Of a DNA stretch of 64,000 bases, positions 18,920 through 27,367 are shown piece after piece. A program made the translations under genes and the position numbers. How positions within the stretch are numbered: the first letter of the stretch is position 1; every line of letters starts with the position of its first letter. This stretch comes from Bdellovibrionota bacterium (GTDB taxonomy: Bacteria; Bdellovibrionota_G; JALEGL01; JAGRMV01): positions 261,586 to 325,585 of the forward strand of contig JAWKOC010000003.1 of assembly GCA_041391365.1 (NCBI GenBank), written 5' to 3'. A model generated the notes under the pieces. It saw nothing but the letters and a program-made list of their open reading frames with translations. It was not told the origin of the DNA and searched no databases.

Positions 18920-19264
18920 ATGATGGAAAAAAGAAAGTACCCTCGAATTGAGGCCAAAATCAAAGTTGCGTTCAAAACCAAGGAAGAACTTCGATTGGAA
19001 TATACACGCAACATCAGTGCGGGTGGGATTTTTTTGAAAACCGACAAACTTTTGGATCCCAATTCCGAGATTGAACTCACCCTGGACCTTCCCGAACAAG
19101 AAGGCGAAGTGAAAATCAAAGGCAAGGTCACGCGCGTGATGAGCATGAGCCATCCTGTGGACCCGGAACGCATGGTCTACGGTGTAGGGGTTCGATTCAT
19201 GGATTTGACACCAGAACTCAACGAAAAAATTGAAAAATGCATCGAAAGCTTGAGTAGCCAATAG
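18920..19264 (+). CDS. Single-domain PilZ protein
   Basis: KRKYPRIEAKIKV and NISAGGIFLKT PilZ motifs. 114 aa. Paralog-like to 16596 and 31375. Confidence 0.85.
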   Translation: MMEKRKYPRIEAKIKVAFKTKEELRLEYTRNISAGGIFLKTDKLLDPNSEIELTLDLPEQEGEVKIKGKVTRVMSMSHPVDPERMVYGVGVRFMDLTPELNEKIEKCIESLSSQ

Positions 19265-19274
19265 TCAGGTTGCC

Positions 19275-20540
19275 GTGAGTTTTGTTTCTGCATTGTTTTC
19301 CCGATCTTCTTATCTCCCGATGTGGAGGAAATTTACTTTTCCCCTGATCGTGTTGGTCTTGTTGTTTTTCGTTGTCAATGGAGGTTGGACTTTTTTTGTT
19401 CTTGATCAAGAAAAGCAGATGGACGATCTCGGAAACGAGCTTCAACGTTTTTTCACATCAAACCCCTATCAAGTCAGCAACGAAACACTTCATCAAATCA
19501 CATCAAAACTTTCCTCCCAACGGCGTATTGCCTACGTTACGTATCAATCTCTGATTGAACAAGAACGTTATGGATGGATCAACCCTCGTGTGTTTTCTCG
19601 CGGGGCGGGAAAACTCAAAAATGTGTTTGAAACCCAAGGCGAATCAAAAACCATCGGTCTGATCATGGATCAGGAAGAATTTTTTTCTTCTCCCTATTTG
19701 AAAGAAATTTCTCGGATCATCAAAGATGATGAAATTTCTTTGGCCAAAGTCAAAGTGGGATTTGTGTTTTCCGGATATCACGCGCAATTTCCTTGGTTGG
19801 GAAGAGGATTTGTAAGCATCTTGATGTTTCTCAATGCTCTGTGGGGAATTTTTTTGATATGGTTTTTGCAAAAATCTAGACCTCTTTTGGAACGTGGCAA
19901 AAGTCTTTTGGATGTGGAAGGAACTGTGGATCCGGAAATTGAAGTCAAAGTTTCCAAAGATTTGGCTTGGCTTAGCCATGCAACACGGATCGATGAAGAA
20001 GACAACGAAGATACCAAGGTCAATCAGGCTGTTCGTGGGAAGTGGGCTGAACTTTTGCATTCCAGAGATCTGGAAAATTGGAATCAAACTGGACAGTGGT
20101 ACATGACTCATGGACATGTGATTGGTTTTCCTTGGGGGAGTAGTTTGACCACCAAAGAAATCTTGAAATCACAATGTTATGACTTTGAAGTAGAAACCAA
20201 AAAAATTTCTGGACTCGAAGGTTTTATTGTTCTTTTCACCTGCAATGGACACCAACTTTTTTGGGTGTTGGGTGGATGGAAAAACAAACGCAGCGAAGTG
20301 GCTGGTTTTCCTCAAACTGTCTCCAAAGAAAAAATCCAAGCCGGAAAACGATATTATTGCAAAATTGAAATCACACGCGAACTGGCCCGGGGCTTTCTGG
20401 ATGGAAAACAAATTTGGTCTCTACGCAGAGAAGAGATCGACAGACCTTCCCCTCATGTAGGTCTATCAAAAGGCATCGGGGTTGCCGTGTGGAACTCCAT
20501 GACTCGATTTGAACGCATTCGTTTGGTCGAAAATTTATAA
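19275..20540 (+). CDS. Hypothetical membrane-anchored protein
   Basis: GTG start 10 nt after the PilZ stop. Two TM helices (FPLIVLVLLFFVVNGGWTFFVL; ILMFLNALWGIFLIWFL). C-terminal ~170 aa looks like a beta-sandwich (DUF1080/LamG-like, weak). Confidence 0.6.
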   Translation: MSFVSALFSRSSYLPMWRKFTFPLIVLVLLFFVVNGGWTFFVLDQEKQMDDLGNELQRFFTSNPYQVSNETLHQITSKLSSQRRIAYVTYQSLIEQERYGWINPRVFSRGAGKLKNVFETQGESKTIGLIMDQEEFFSSPYLKEISRIIKDDEISLAKVKVGFVFSGYHAQFPWLGRGFVSILMFLNALWGIFLIWFLQKSRPLLERGKSLLDVEGTVDPEIEVKVSKDLAWLSHATRIDEEDNEDTKVNQAVRGKWAELLHSRDLENWNQTGQWYMTHGHVIGFPWGSSLTTKEILKSQCYDFEVETKKISGLEGFIVLFTCNGHQLFWVLGGWKNKRSEVAGFPQTVSKEKIQAGKRYYCKIEITRELARGFLDGKQIWSLRREEIDRPSPHVGLSKGIGVAVWNSMTRFERIRLVENL

Positions 20541-20564
20541 ACGTTTCGACCATCATGTGTTTTT

Positions 20565-21347
20565 TTAGTTTGAAAATCTGAACAGTCGGTGTGCATTTTG
20601 CGTGGTTTGTGTAGCCACGTGTTCCAATGACAGGCCTTTGATGGAGGCTACTTGCTCCGCCACATGACGAACATAAGCAGGTTCATTGCGTTTTCCACGA
20701 TGAGGCACGGGCGCCAGAAATGGACAGTCTGTTTCAATCAAAAGTTTGTCCATGGGAACCAGCTTACAAGCTTCTTGAACACTTTGAGCCTTGGCAAAGG
20801 TGACAATTCCGGAAAAAGAAATGTGGGCACCCAAATCGAGATAGTGCTTGACTTCATCAACGGTTCCAGAAAAACAATGGATCACTCCCCCCACTTTTTC
20901 AAAAACTTTGGTGTGAGAAAAAACATCAATCGAATCTTGTGCTGCATCTCGTGTATGAATGCAAACAGGTTTGTTGACTTCGATGGCCGCGTCGAGAAGC
21001 GTTCTCAACACTTCTTTTTGTTGTTCTCGATCGGAATGTTCATAGTAATAGTCCAATCCAATTTCTCCAACGGCCACAACTTTTTCATACCTTGAAAACT
21101 CTCGAATCAACTCAAGGTGCTCAGGGGTAAAATGCTTGGCATCGTGAGGATGGAATCCAACTGCCATGGACAATTGAGGATGTTGTTTTACGAGCTCATA
21201 GGATTTGTGATATTTTTCGATCTCGGGTCCCAGTGCGATTTGAATGATGCGCGTAAGACCTGCATCACGGGCTCGATCAAGCGTTTCCAAAACCTCAGTT
21301 TCATACTGCGGAAAATCCAAGTGAGCGTGAGTATCGATCAGCTTCAT
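20565..21347 (-). CDS. tatD: TatD family metal-dependent hydrolase/DNase
   Basis: LIDTHAHLDF, GEIGLDYYY, IHTRDA, ETDCPFLAP motifs. Confidence 0.9.
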   Translation of the reverse strand: MKLIDTHAHLDFPQYETEVLETLDRARDAGLTRIIQIALGPEIEKYHKSYELVKQHPQLSMAVGFHPHDAKHFTPEHLELIREFSRYEKVVAVGEIGLDYYYEHSDREQQKEVLRTLLDAAIEVNKPVCIHTRDAAQDSIDVFSHTKVFEKVGGVIHCFSGTVDEVKHYLDLGAHISFSGIVTFAKAQSVQEACKLVPMDKLLIETDCPFLAPVPHRGKRNEPAYVRHVAEQVASIKGLSLEHVATQTTQNAHRLFRFSN

Positions 21348-22147
21348 GCCAATCCCCTCCAGGACAACAAAAACTGCTCCAGTCCCAACTGAATGTTCCC
21401 ATACCGATGATAAATTTCAGATTCTAAGGTCAGCGACTGATCGTAACATCGCTCAAAGTGGTAAAACCTTGCGGATCCTTGTTGATCGACCATATTTTTT
21501 TTGATCGTATCTTGAACGCGATAAAAAAATACTGCTAGCTCTTGTCGATCTTTGGAAAACTGGGCAGCAAATTGCAAAATATCTTTGCTAGAAACCGCTT
21601 GATCCAAATCCATCAAGCGATCCAGATCTTTTGCCCAGGTCACATCTGAATCTAGATCTTTGTGAATGTTTTCGTTGGATGGAAATTGCACACTAAAGCA
21701 ACGAGAACAAATGGTTTTGAGCATGGATGCTTCGTTGGGTGATGATAAAAACATATAAAGAAAAGATGGAGGTTCTTCCAAAATTTTTAACAGTGCATTG
21801 GAAGACGCAGTGTTGAGACTTTCTGCGCTGGGCATGGCCATCACTTTGACCGACGTCTCAATCGGAGATCGATGCGCCCATTTGGCAAACTCTCGAACAT
21901 CTTCCACCTTGATTTCTTTTGGATCGTTCTCCATCAAATAGAAATCAGGATGAGATAAACTTTGAATTTTGGATCTGACTTTGAGGTTACGATCAACATC
22001 TTTTTCTTCCAAGGACAAAAGATAGCTCGCCATATCGATCATGCATTCGCGTTTGGCCGCTGCGTCCAAACCCAAAAACAAAAAAGCATGATGGAGACGT
22101 CCTTTTTTGTGCATCGAAATCAGGCGATCAGAAATTTTCTCGTTCAT
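21344..22147 (-). CDS. holB: DNA polymerase III delta' subunit
   Basis: GRLHHAFLFLG and NALLKILEEPP motifs. 4-nt overlaps with tmk and tatD. Confidence 0.8.
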   Translation of the reverse strand: MNEKISDRLISMHKKGRLHHAFLFLGLDAAAKRECMIDMASYLLSLEEKDVDRNLKVRSKIQSLSHPDFYLMENDPKEIKVEDVREFAKWAHRSPIETSVKVMAMPSAESLNTASSNALLKILEEPPSFLYMFLSSPNEASMLKTICSRCFSVQFPSNENIHKDLDSDVTWAKDLDRLMDLDQAVSSKDILQFAAQFSKDRQELAVFFYRVQDTIKKNMVDQQGSARFYHFERCYDQSLTLESEIYHRYGNIQLGLEQFLLSWRGLA

Positions 22148-22773
22148 GCTTTGATTCCCATGTCAGACAAGACCTGCAAAAGGATGCCTGTGATCTTGGA
22201 AGGATCTTGGCTGGCATCAACAAGCACCACCCTTTGAGGTTCTCGCGCAGCCAGGTCGAGATACGCCTGACGAACCTGCTGATGAAATTGTTTTTGTTCT
22301 TGTTCAAATCGATCTCGATGATCGCCTTGGCGCACATTGAGCCGATGCACGGAATCTTCTACACTCAAATCCAAATAAATCGTAACATCTGGTCGAAGTC
22401 CTTGGGTGGCAAAATCGTTGATCCAGTCGATGGTACTCACCCCCAAAGATCGGCCAGCCGCCTGATAGGCTACGGAAGAGTCGATGTATCGATCACACAA
22501 AATAAGATCCTGGGTGGCAAGGGCTGGATTCAAAACGAGATCAACATGCTGGGCTCTCGCAGCAGCCACAAGCAAAAGTTCACAACGAGGCGTCAAAGAC
22601 TCAGATTTGAACAAATGACGGAGTTTTTCCCCCAGATCAGTGCCCCCGGGTTCCCGAGTACAGAGTACTTTCTTTTTGGCGTTGCGAAAATAGAGATCGA
22701 GCGCTTTGATTTGCGTGGATTTCCCGCTGCCTTCTATGCCTTCGAAGCTAACAAAGAGAGCCTTCGATGACAT
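22144..22773 (-). CDS. tmk: Thymidylate kinase
   Basis: FEGIEGSGKSTQ P-loop, TREPGGT, DRYIDSSVAYQ. Confidence 0.95.
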   Translation of the reverse strand: MSSKALFVSFEGIEGSGKSTQIKALDLYFRNAKKKVLCTREPGGTDLGEKLRHLFKSESLTPRCELLLVAAARAQHVDLVLNPALATQDLILCDRYIDSSVAYQAAGRSLGVSTIDWINDFATQGLRPDVTIYLDLSVEDSVHRLNVRQGDHRDRFEQEQKQFHQQVRQAYLDLAAREPQRVVLVDASQDPSKITGILLQVLSDMGIKA

Positions 22774-22782
22774 AAAAAAGGG

Positions 22783-22917
22783 TTAGGAAAGAGGTCCGAG
22801 AATGCTGTCGAGCGAAGGAGTTGTACCATGGGTGCGAACGTCACGTTTGCGGCTTTTTCCCATGTTACGCTCTTTGCGCTTACGGATTTTTTTTGTTCTT
22901 CGATAAGGCGATGCCAT
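22783..22917 (-). CDS. Possible very basic 44-aa protein
   Basis: ORF MASPYRRTKKIRKRKERNMGKSRKRDVRTHG... fills the rlpA-tmk gap. AAGGG 9 nt upstream of the ATG. No family recognised. Confidence 0.25.
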   Translation of the reverse strand: MASPYRRTKKIRKRKERNMGKSRKRDVRTHGTTPSLDSILGPLS

Positions 22918-22943
22918 AAGGCGACCCTTATAATCGTTTTTGA

Positions 22944-23582
22944 TCAAGGATGCAAGATGAAGCCGTCGATTTTCTTGCTTTGGAGCAAAGAAAGTTTTCT
23001 TCGGGCGCTGCTTTCGGTGGCAAAAGGTCCAAGCCAAACTTTGTGTAGACCATTTTCCGAATGAATTCCAATATTTATATCTCCAAGCACCCCGTCTACG
23101 TCATCGGCATAGTGCTGAGCAGAGTCTTTGTGGGCAAATGATCCGACCTGAATGTAGGTCATATGTTGGATCTTGTTGGAGGGTTTCTTTTCTACGGTGA
23201 GTCGAACACGGGCGGTTCCGGTTCCCACCATGTCGATTTTTTCGGCAGCTCGCCTGGATAGATCGATGATTCGTCCCCGAACAAAAGGTCCTCGATCATT
23301 GACCTTGACGACCACACTCATACCATTGTCCACATTGGTGACACGAACCCACGTGTCAAAAGGGAGTGTCTTGTGTGCAGCTGTGAGTTTGTATTGATCG
23401 TAAATTTCTCCGGATGCAGTTTTCCGACCGTGAAACTTTCCTCCATACCAAGAGGCATAGCCTTTCATTTGAGCGTTGCCTACGCTGGCTGAAGTTGAAG
23501 GCACGGGAGAAGGATGACATGAAACCAAAAAGGAAAAAGTCGAAAGAAACAAAAAGATTTTGAACGCTTTTTTTGTTTTCAT
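22944..23582 (-). CDS. rlpA: Septal ring lytic transglycosylase RlpA (DPBB + SPOR)
   Basis: Lipoprotein signal LFLSTFSFLVSC. ASWYGGKFHGRKTASGE...VKVNDRGPF DPBB core. C-terminal SPOR-like YIQVGSF...ENGLHKVWLGPF. Confidence 0.9.
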   Translation of the reverse strand: MKTKKAFKIFLFLSTFSFLVSCHPSPVPSTSASVGNAQMKGYASWYGGKFHGRKTASGEIYDQYKLTAAHKTLPFDTWVRVTNVDNGMSVVVKVNDRGPFVRGRIIDLSRRAAEKIDMVGTGTARVRLTVEKKPSNKIQHMTYIQVGSFAHKDSAQHYADDVDGVLGDINIGIHSENGLHKVWLGPFATESSARRKLSLLQSKKIDGFILHP

Positions 23583-23639
23583 GCTGGAACTTTGCTACCC
23601 TACCGCTGAGTTGAAAAGTTTACAAGAATTGAAGGTCAA

Positions 23640-24065
23640 ATGAATCGAGCACCATATCCACTGCGTTGGGGAGCCAAAGCCATCGACCTCGGGTTGGTTT
23701 TCTTTTTGTACATCAACGCGTCCTTTTTTTGGCTTCTTCTTGGAATTGCTTATGTGGTGCTTTCCGATGGTTTTTTCAAGGGCCAAAGTCTTGGCAAACG
23801 CATTGTTGGCCTGAGAACCCTAGAAACCATTGATCCAGTTACATTGGAAACCGCTCCTTGCTCTTTTCTCAACTCGGCCATTCGAAACAGTCCCTTTGCT
23901 CTGATGTTTCTGCTGGGAAAAATTCCCATTCTTCAAATTTTGTTTTGGCTGGTGGGAATTTTGTTCATTGTTGTGGAGATGTATTTTATCTATTCGGATG
24001 AAGAAGGTACGAGAATTGGCGATATCTATGCAAAAACCCATGTGGTGCAAACCGATCACTACTAA
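23640..24065 (+). CDS. RDD family membrane protein
   Basis: RWGAKAIDLGLVFFL N-terminus and three hydrophobic helices fit the RDD pattern. Confidence 0.7.
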   Translation: MNRAPYPLRWGAKAIDLGLVFFLYINASFFWLLLGIAYVVLSDGFFKGQSLGKRIVGLRTLETIDPVTLETAPCSFLNSAIRNSPFALMFLLGKIPILQILFWLVGILFIVVEMYFIYSDEEGTRIGDIYAKTHVVQTDHY

Positions 24066-24765
24066 GGTTCTATGGATTGCTGCATTTTTTTTGATCCTTT
24101 CCGGATGCAACAAAAAGCCATCATCCACTCCTCAACCCATCAAACCCAAGGCCACCACTTTGGACATTGGTTGGCTTACGGAGATTGACCAAGATCCATG
24201 GCTTCAGGATTTGTCCAAATGTTTTGTGAGCATCTCCAATCTGCAAATCATTCGTCTCAAATCCTCAACCAAGTTTCTGCAAGATTTTGAAACCTTACAC
24301 GAGGCTCTGGGGTTTGATACACTCATAGAGTCATTTCCAGCTGAAAACAAACTCATCGTCAAAAATTCGCTTTATCCAGAAGGGCGTATTTTGCGATTGG
24401 AGAAAAATCCAACCTGCAAGGAATGGCAGTACATGCTCAGCTTTGTGTTGATTTATTCTTCCCCTCAGGGAGCATTGGTGAAAGTCGATCAAGTTGACCA
24501 AGGTCACTCTCCCACATGGGCCTTTGTCGATACAGGAAGCCATCGTCTGGAATGCTACAGCGAAAACCAAGTGTATCGGGCAGAAGAATTTTCGTTTCCC
24601 AAAGATCTAAGCATTCTGTGCAAAAGAGAAAACATTCATAGCCCCACTCAAGAGGTTATGGATTTTGGATCCGAACAACAAGAAAGAAAAACGGCCTGGT
24701 TTTTGTACGTTCTTTTGGGTTTGGGAGCCATTGCCAGTGGAATCATTCCCTTTTTCATCTTTTGA
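24028..24765 (+). CDS. Lipoprotein with PEGA-like domain and C-terminal TM anchor
   Basis: Start chosen at ATG 24028. Lipobox FFLILSGC. SSPQGALVKVDQVDQG...GSHRLEC resembles PEGA. C-terminal TM WFLYVLLGLGAIASGIIPFFIF. Confidence 0.55.
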   Translation: MQKPMWCKPITTKVLWIAAFFLILSGCNKKPSSTPQPIKPKATTLDIGWLTEIDQDPWLQDLSKCFVSISNLQIIRLKSSTKFLQDFETLHEALGFDTLIESFPAENKLIVKNSLYPEGRILRLEKNPTCKEWQYMLSFVLIYSSPQGALVKVDQVDQGHSPTWAFVDTGSHRLECYSENQVYRAEEFSFPKDLSILCKRENIHSPTQEVMDFGSEQQERKTAWFLYVLLGLGAIASGIIPFFIF

Positions 24766-24819
24766 TTTCTGGTCTTGATTTTCCAAACACAGAAAAGGTA
24801 AAAGAACACAGATTCATTC

Positions 24820-25686
24820 ATGACCCTACTCAATTCAAAAAAACATTCCCGAGTGCATTGCTTGGGTCACATCACGTTGGATGAATTTCCACAGCAACAT
24901 CGCCATAACATCGGAGGGGCCGCATGGTTTGGAGCCCATGTAGCTCATGCACTGAAATATCCGAGTTTTCTGTGGACACGCTTTGACGCTACACAATTGA
25001 ATGTCTTCACCCCTTTTGTCATGAAAAATTTTGGAGACAAAAAATTAACTCGCTTTGTTCATCAATTTCATCAAGACAAGCGAGAGCTCACTTGCCCTGA
25101 GTATGCCTCCCCTCTCTCGATCAAAACATGTCGATCTTCCATCGGCGAAAAAGACCTTGTGTTTCTTGGACCGGTAGCTCAAGAGATCGCATTGTCCAAT
25201 CTTGATGATCTTCCACAGGTTTTTGTGGCCGCTGCGGGGCAAGGCTGGTTTCGAAAAATGCTCTCGGATGGTACCATCGTCAAATGCAGCCCCGCATGGA
25301 ACACTTGGAAACGTACGCTGGATTTGTGTGTAGTGAGCCATGAAGATCTCCATCGAAATGGAGATTGGGATGAAATTTGTTTGCGTAGTCGAGTCGCTGT
25401 TCAAACGAAAGGTTCAAAAGGCTATCTTCTCTCTCATCAAGGAAAAGAAATCTGTTGCAAACCTGCCCTTCACATTGAATCCAGTGTGGACTCTACGGGT
25501 GCAGGGGATATTTTTACGATGACAATGCTGCTTTATATGTTTGAAGGGATGGAACCGATGCACGCAGCACACCTTGCTTCTGAGTTCGCTGCACGAACCA
25601 CACAAAAAACTTCCATCGAAGAAAAATTGATTTACGGAATGAAAAGTTTGGTTCCAGGGCGCAATGTCTCGTTGGGATCCAATTGA
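24820..25686 (+). CDS. PfkB-family carbohydrate/nucleoside kinase
   Basis: C-terminal DSTGAGDIFT signature, ~290 aa. Confidence 0.8.
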   Translation: MTLLNSKKHSRVHCLGHITLDEFPQQHRHNIGGAAWFGAHVAHALKYPSFLWTRFDATQLNVFTPFVMKNFGDKKLTRFVHQFHQDKRELTCPEYASPLSIKTCRSSIGEKDLVFLGPVAQEIALSNLDDLPQVFVAAAGQGWFRKMLSDGTIVKCSPAWNTWKRTLDLCVVSHEDLHRNGDWDEICLRSRVAVQTKGSKGYLLSHQGKEICCKPALHIESSVDSTGAGDIFTMTMLLYMFEGMEPMHAAHLASEFAARTTQKTSIEEKLIYGMKSLVPGRNVSLGSN

Positions 25687-27173
25687 TTTTTTTCTACGAG
25701 CATGGCAACCGTGACATCATGTTGTTTTGAAATTTCCCACAGAGAGTCTCCACGACGAACTGTGTAGACATCTTTGGTTTGACCCTTTTGAAGATGGGCA
25801 TCAAGTCCAGAGTTGTCTTTTACCCGAATCCATTGTCCGGGACGAAGATCCCGAGCTCCAATCTGGTTCCATCGTTTGAGATTTTCAACAGATACTCCAA
25901 AAATTTTGGAAAGGTCCCACAAGGTGTCCCCCGATTGCACGCGGTACATTCCCTTTTCATCCGCATGATGAACTTTTTTGGTGGACTGGTAACTTGCTCG
26001 CGTTGCCGATCGACCACTAGGAATGGGGATCGTTAGGTTTTGACCTGCACGAATGCGGTTGGCGGATTTCAAATTGTTGTAGCTCATGATGCTTTGAGTG
26101 GAGACTCCATAACGTTTCGCAATCACAGACAAGGCTTCTCCGGAACGTACACGGTGAATCACAACGTCTTTGATTTCATACCGTGGAAGATTTGGATAGG
26201 CGGCCAAAAGTGCTTCTCCCGTTCCAACAGGCACATGCAATTCGTAGTCAGGATAGTTCGGAGGAGTCACATCACGAAGCAAGTCAGGGTTGAGAAACTT
26301 GAGGTCACTTACACTTGCACCGATGGCGGCCGCAATATGTTTCAATTCTACAGGTTCAGAAACAATGACTCGATCATAGGAGATGGGCTCTTCATAGATG
26401 ATGTTGGTGAAACCATATTTTTGAGGTTCCGAAGCAATCATGGCTGCAGCCAACATTTTGGGAACATAATTTTTGGTCTCAGGTTTTAGATAACGATATT
26501 TTGAAAGTTCCCAATAATCTTCGGTTTGGTACCTGGAAATGGCTCGTGAAATTTTTCCTTCTCCCGCATTGTATCCAGCCGCTGCGAGGTACCAGTGCTG
26601 AAACTCATCGTACAAATCTTTCAGATATTGAGCCGCAGCAATCGTGGATTTTTCAGGATGTCTTCTTTCGTCGATCCACCAGTTGACTTTGAGTCCGTAA
26701 TGAATTCCGGTTCGTCGAACAAATTGCCATGGTCCCACAGCTGCAGCTCTTGAATAGGCGTGAGGTGTAAATCCGCTTTCAATCATCGAAAGATACACCA
26801 AATTGGAAGGTAGACCGTTCTCCGACAAAATGCGTTCCATCATCGGAATGTATCGGCCCGATCGAGCGAGCCACCTTGCAAAGGCTTTGCTTCCTCGGCC
26901 TTGAAAATATTCCAACCAAATTTGAACTTTTTGGTTCACCATCATGGGAACCTCAGGCAAACCCACTTCTTGTTTGGCAAAATCTTGGACTTCTTGATCC
27001 ATGGAACCGGGCTCTTGTTGAGAATCCAGTTGGACCTGGTTGAGCTCTTGCGCAACTTCCTGATCTGTTTTTTCAATATGGGAAGGTGGATTGGATTTCA
27101 ATGCCTGGCAGGCGCTGAAAGACAGGAAAAAAATGGGCGCTGCGGCATAAAAAAGGCGGTGTAACTTATTCAT
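25632..27173 (-). CDS. Membrane-bound lytic murein transglycosylase (MltD-like) with three LysM domains
   Basis: Start at ATG 27173 (MNKLHRLFYAAAPIFFLSFSAC lipobox). SLT core MIESGFTPHAYSRAAAVGPWQF. Three LysM repeats (HRVRSGEALSVIAKRYG, YRVQSGDTLWDLSKIFG, YTVRRGDSLWEISKQHD). Confidence 0.9.
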   Translation of the reverse strand: MNKLHRLFYAAAPIFFLSFSACQALKSNPPSHIEKTDQEVAQELNQVQLDSQQEPGSMDQEVQDFAKQEVGLPEVPMMVNQKVQIWLEYFQGRGSKAFARWLARSGRYIPMMERILSENGLPSNLVYLSMIESGFTPHAYSRAAAVGPWQFVRRTGIHYGLKVNWWIDERRHPEKSTIAAAQYLKDLYDEFQHWYLAAAGYNAGEGKISRAISRYQTEDYWELSKYRYLKPETKNYVPKMLAAAMIASEPQKYGFTNIIYEEPISYDRVIVSEPVELKHIAAAIGASVSDLKFLNPDLLRDVTPPNYPDYELHVPVGTGEALLAAYPNLPRYEIKDVVIHRVRSGEALSVIAKRYGVSTQSIMSYNNLKSANRIRAGQNLTIPIPSGRSATRASYQSTKKVHHADEKGMYRVQSGDTLWDLSKIFGVSVENLKRWNQIGARDLRPGQWIRVKDNSGLDAHLQKGQTKDVYTVRRGDSLWEISKQHDVTVAMLVEKNQLDPNETLRPGTKLFIP

Positions 27174-27367
27174 GAATCCTCTACTATTATCGTCGTTTTG
27201 CAACACAAATTCTACTGCTATTGTCTCTACACATGAATCAAAAAGGATAGAGAAAGAACGAGGTGAAGTCAATTTCGTGAGGGAAAGTTCTCCACCTTGG
27301 AGAGATTTTTCTCGATTCAGGTCGCTGCCTCGACTTTTCAGCATCCCTCAACTATGATGACGACGTT

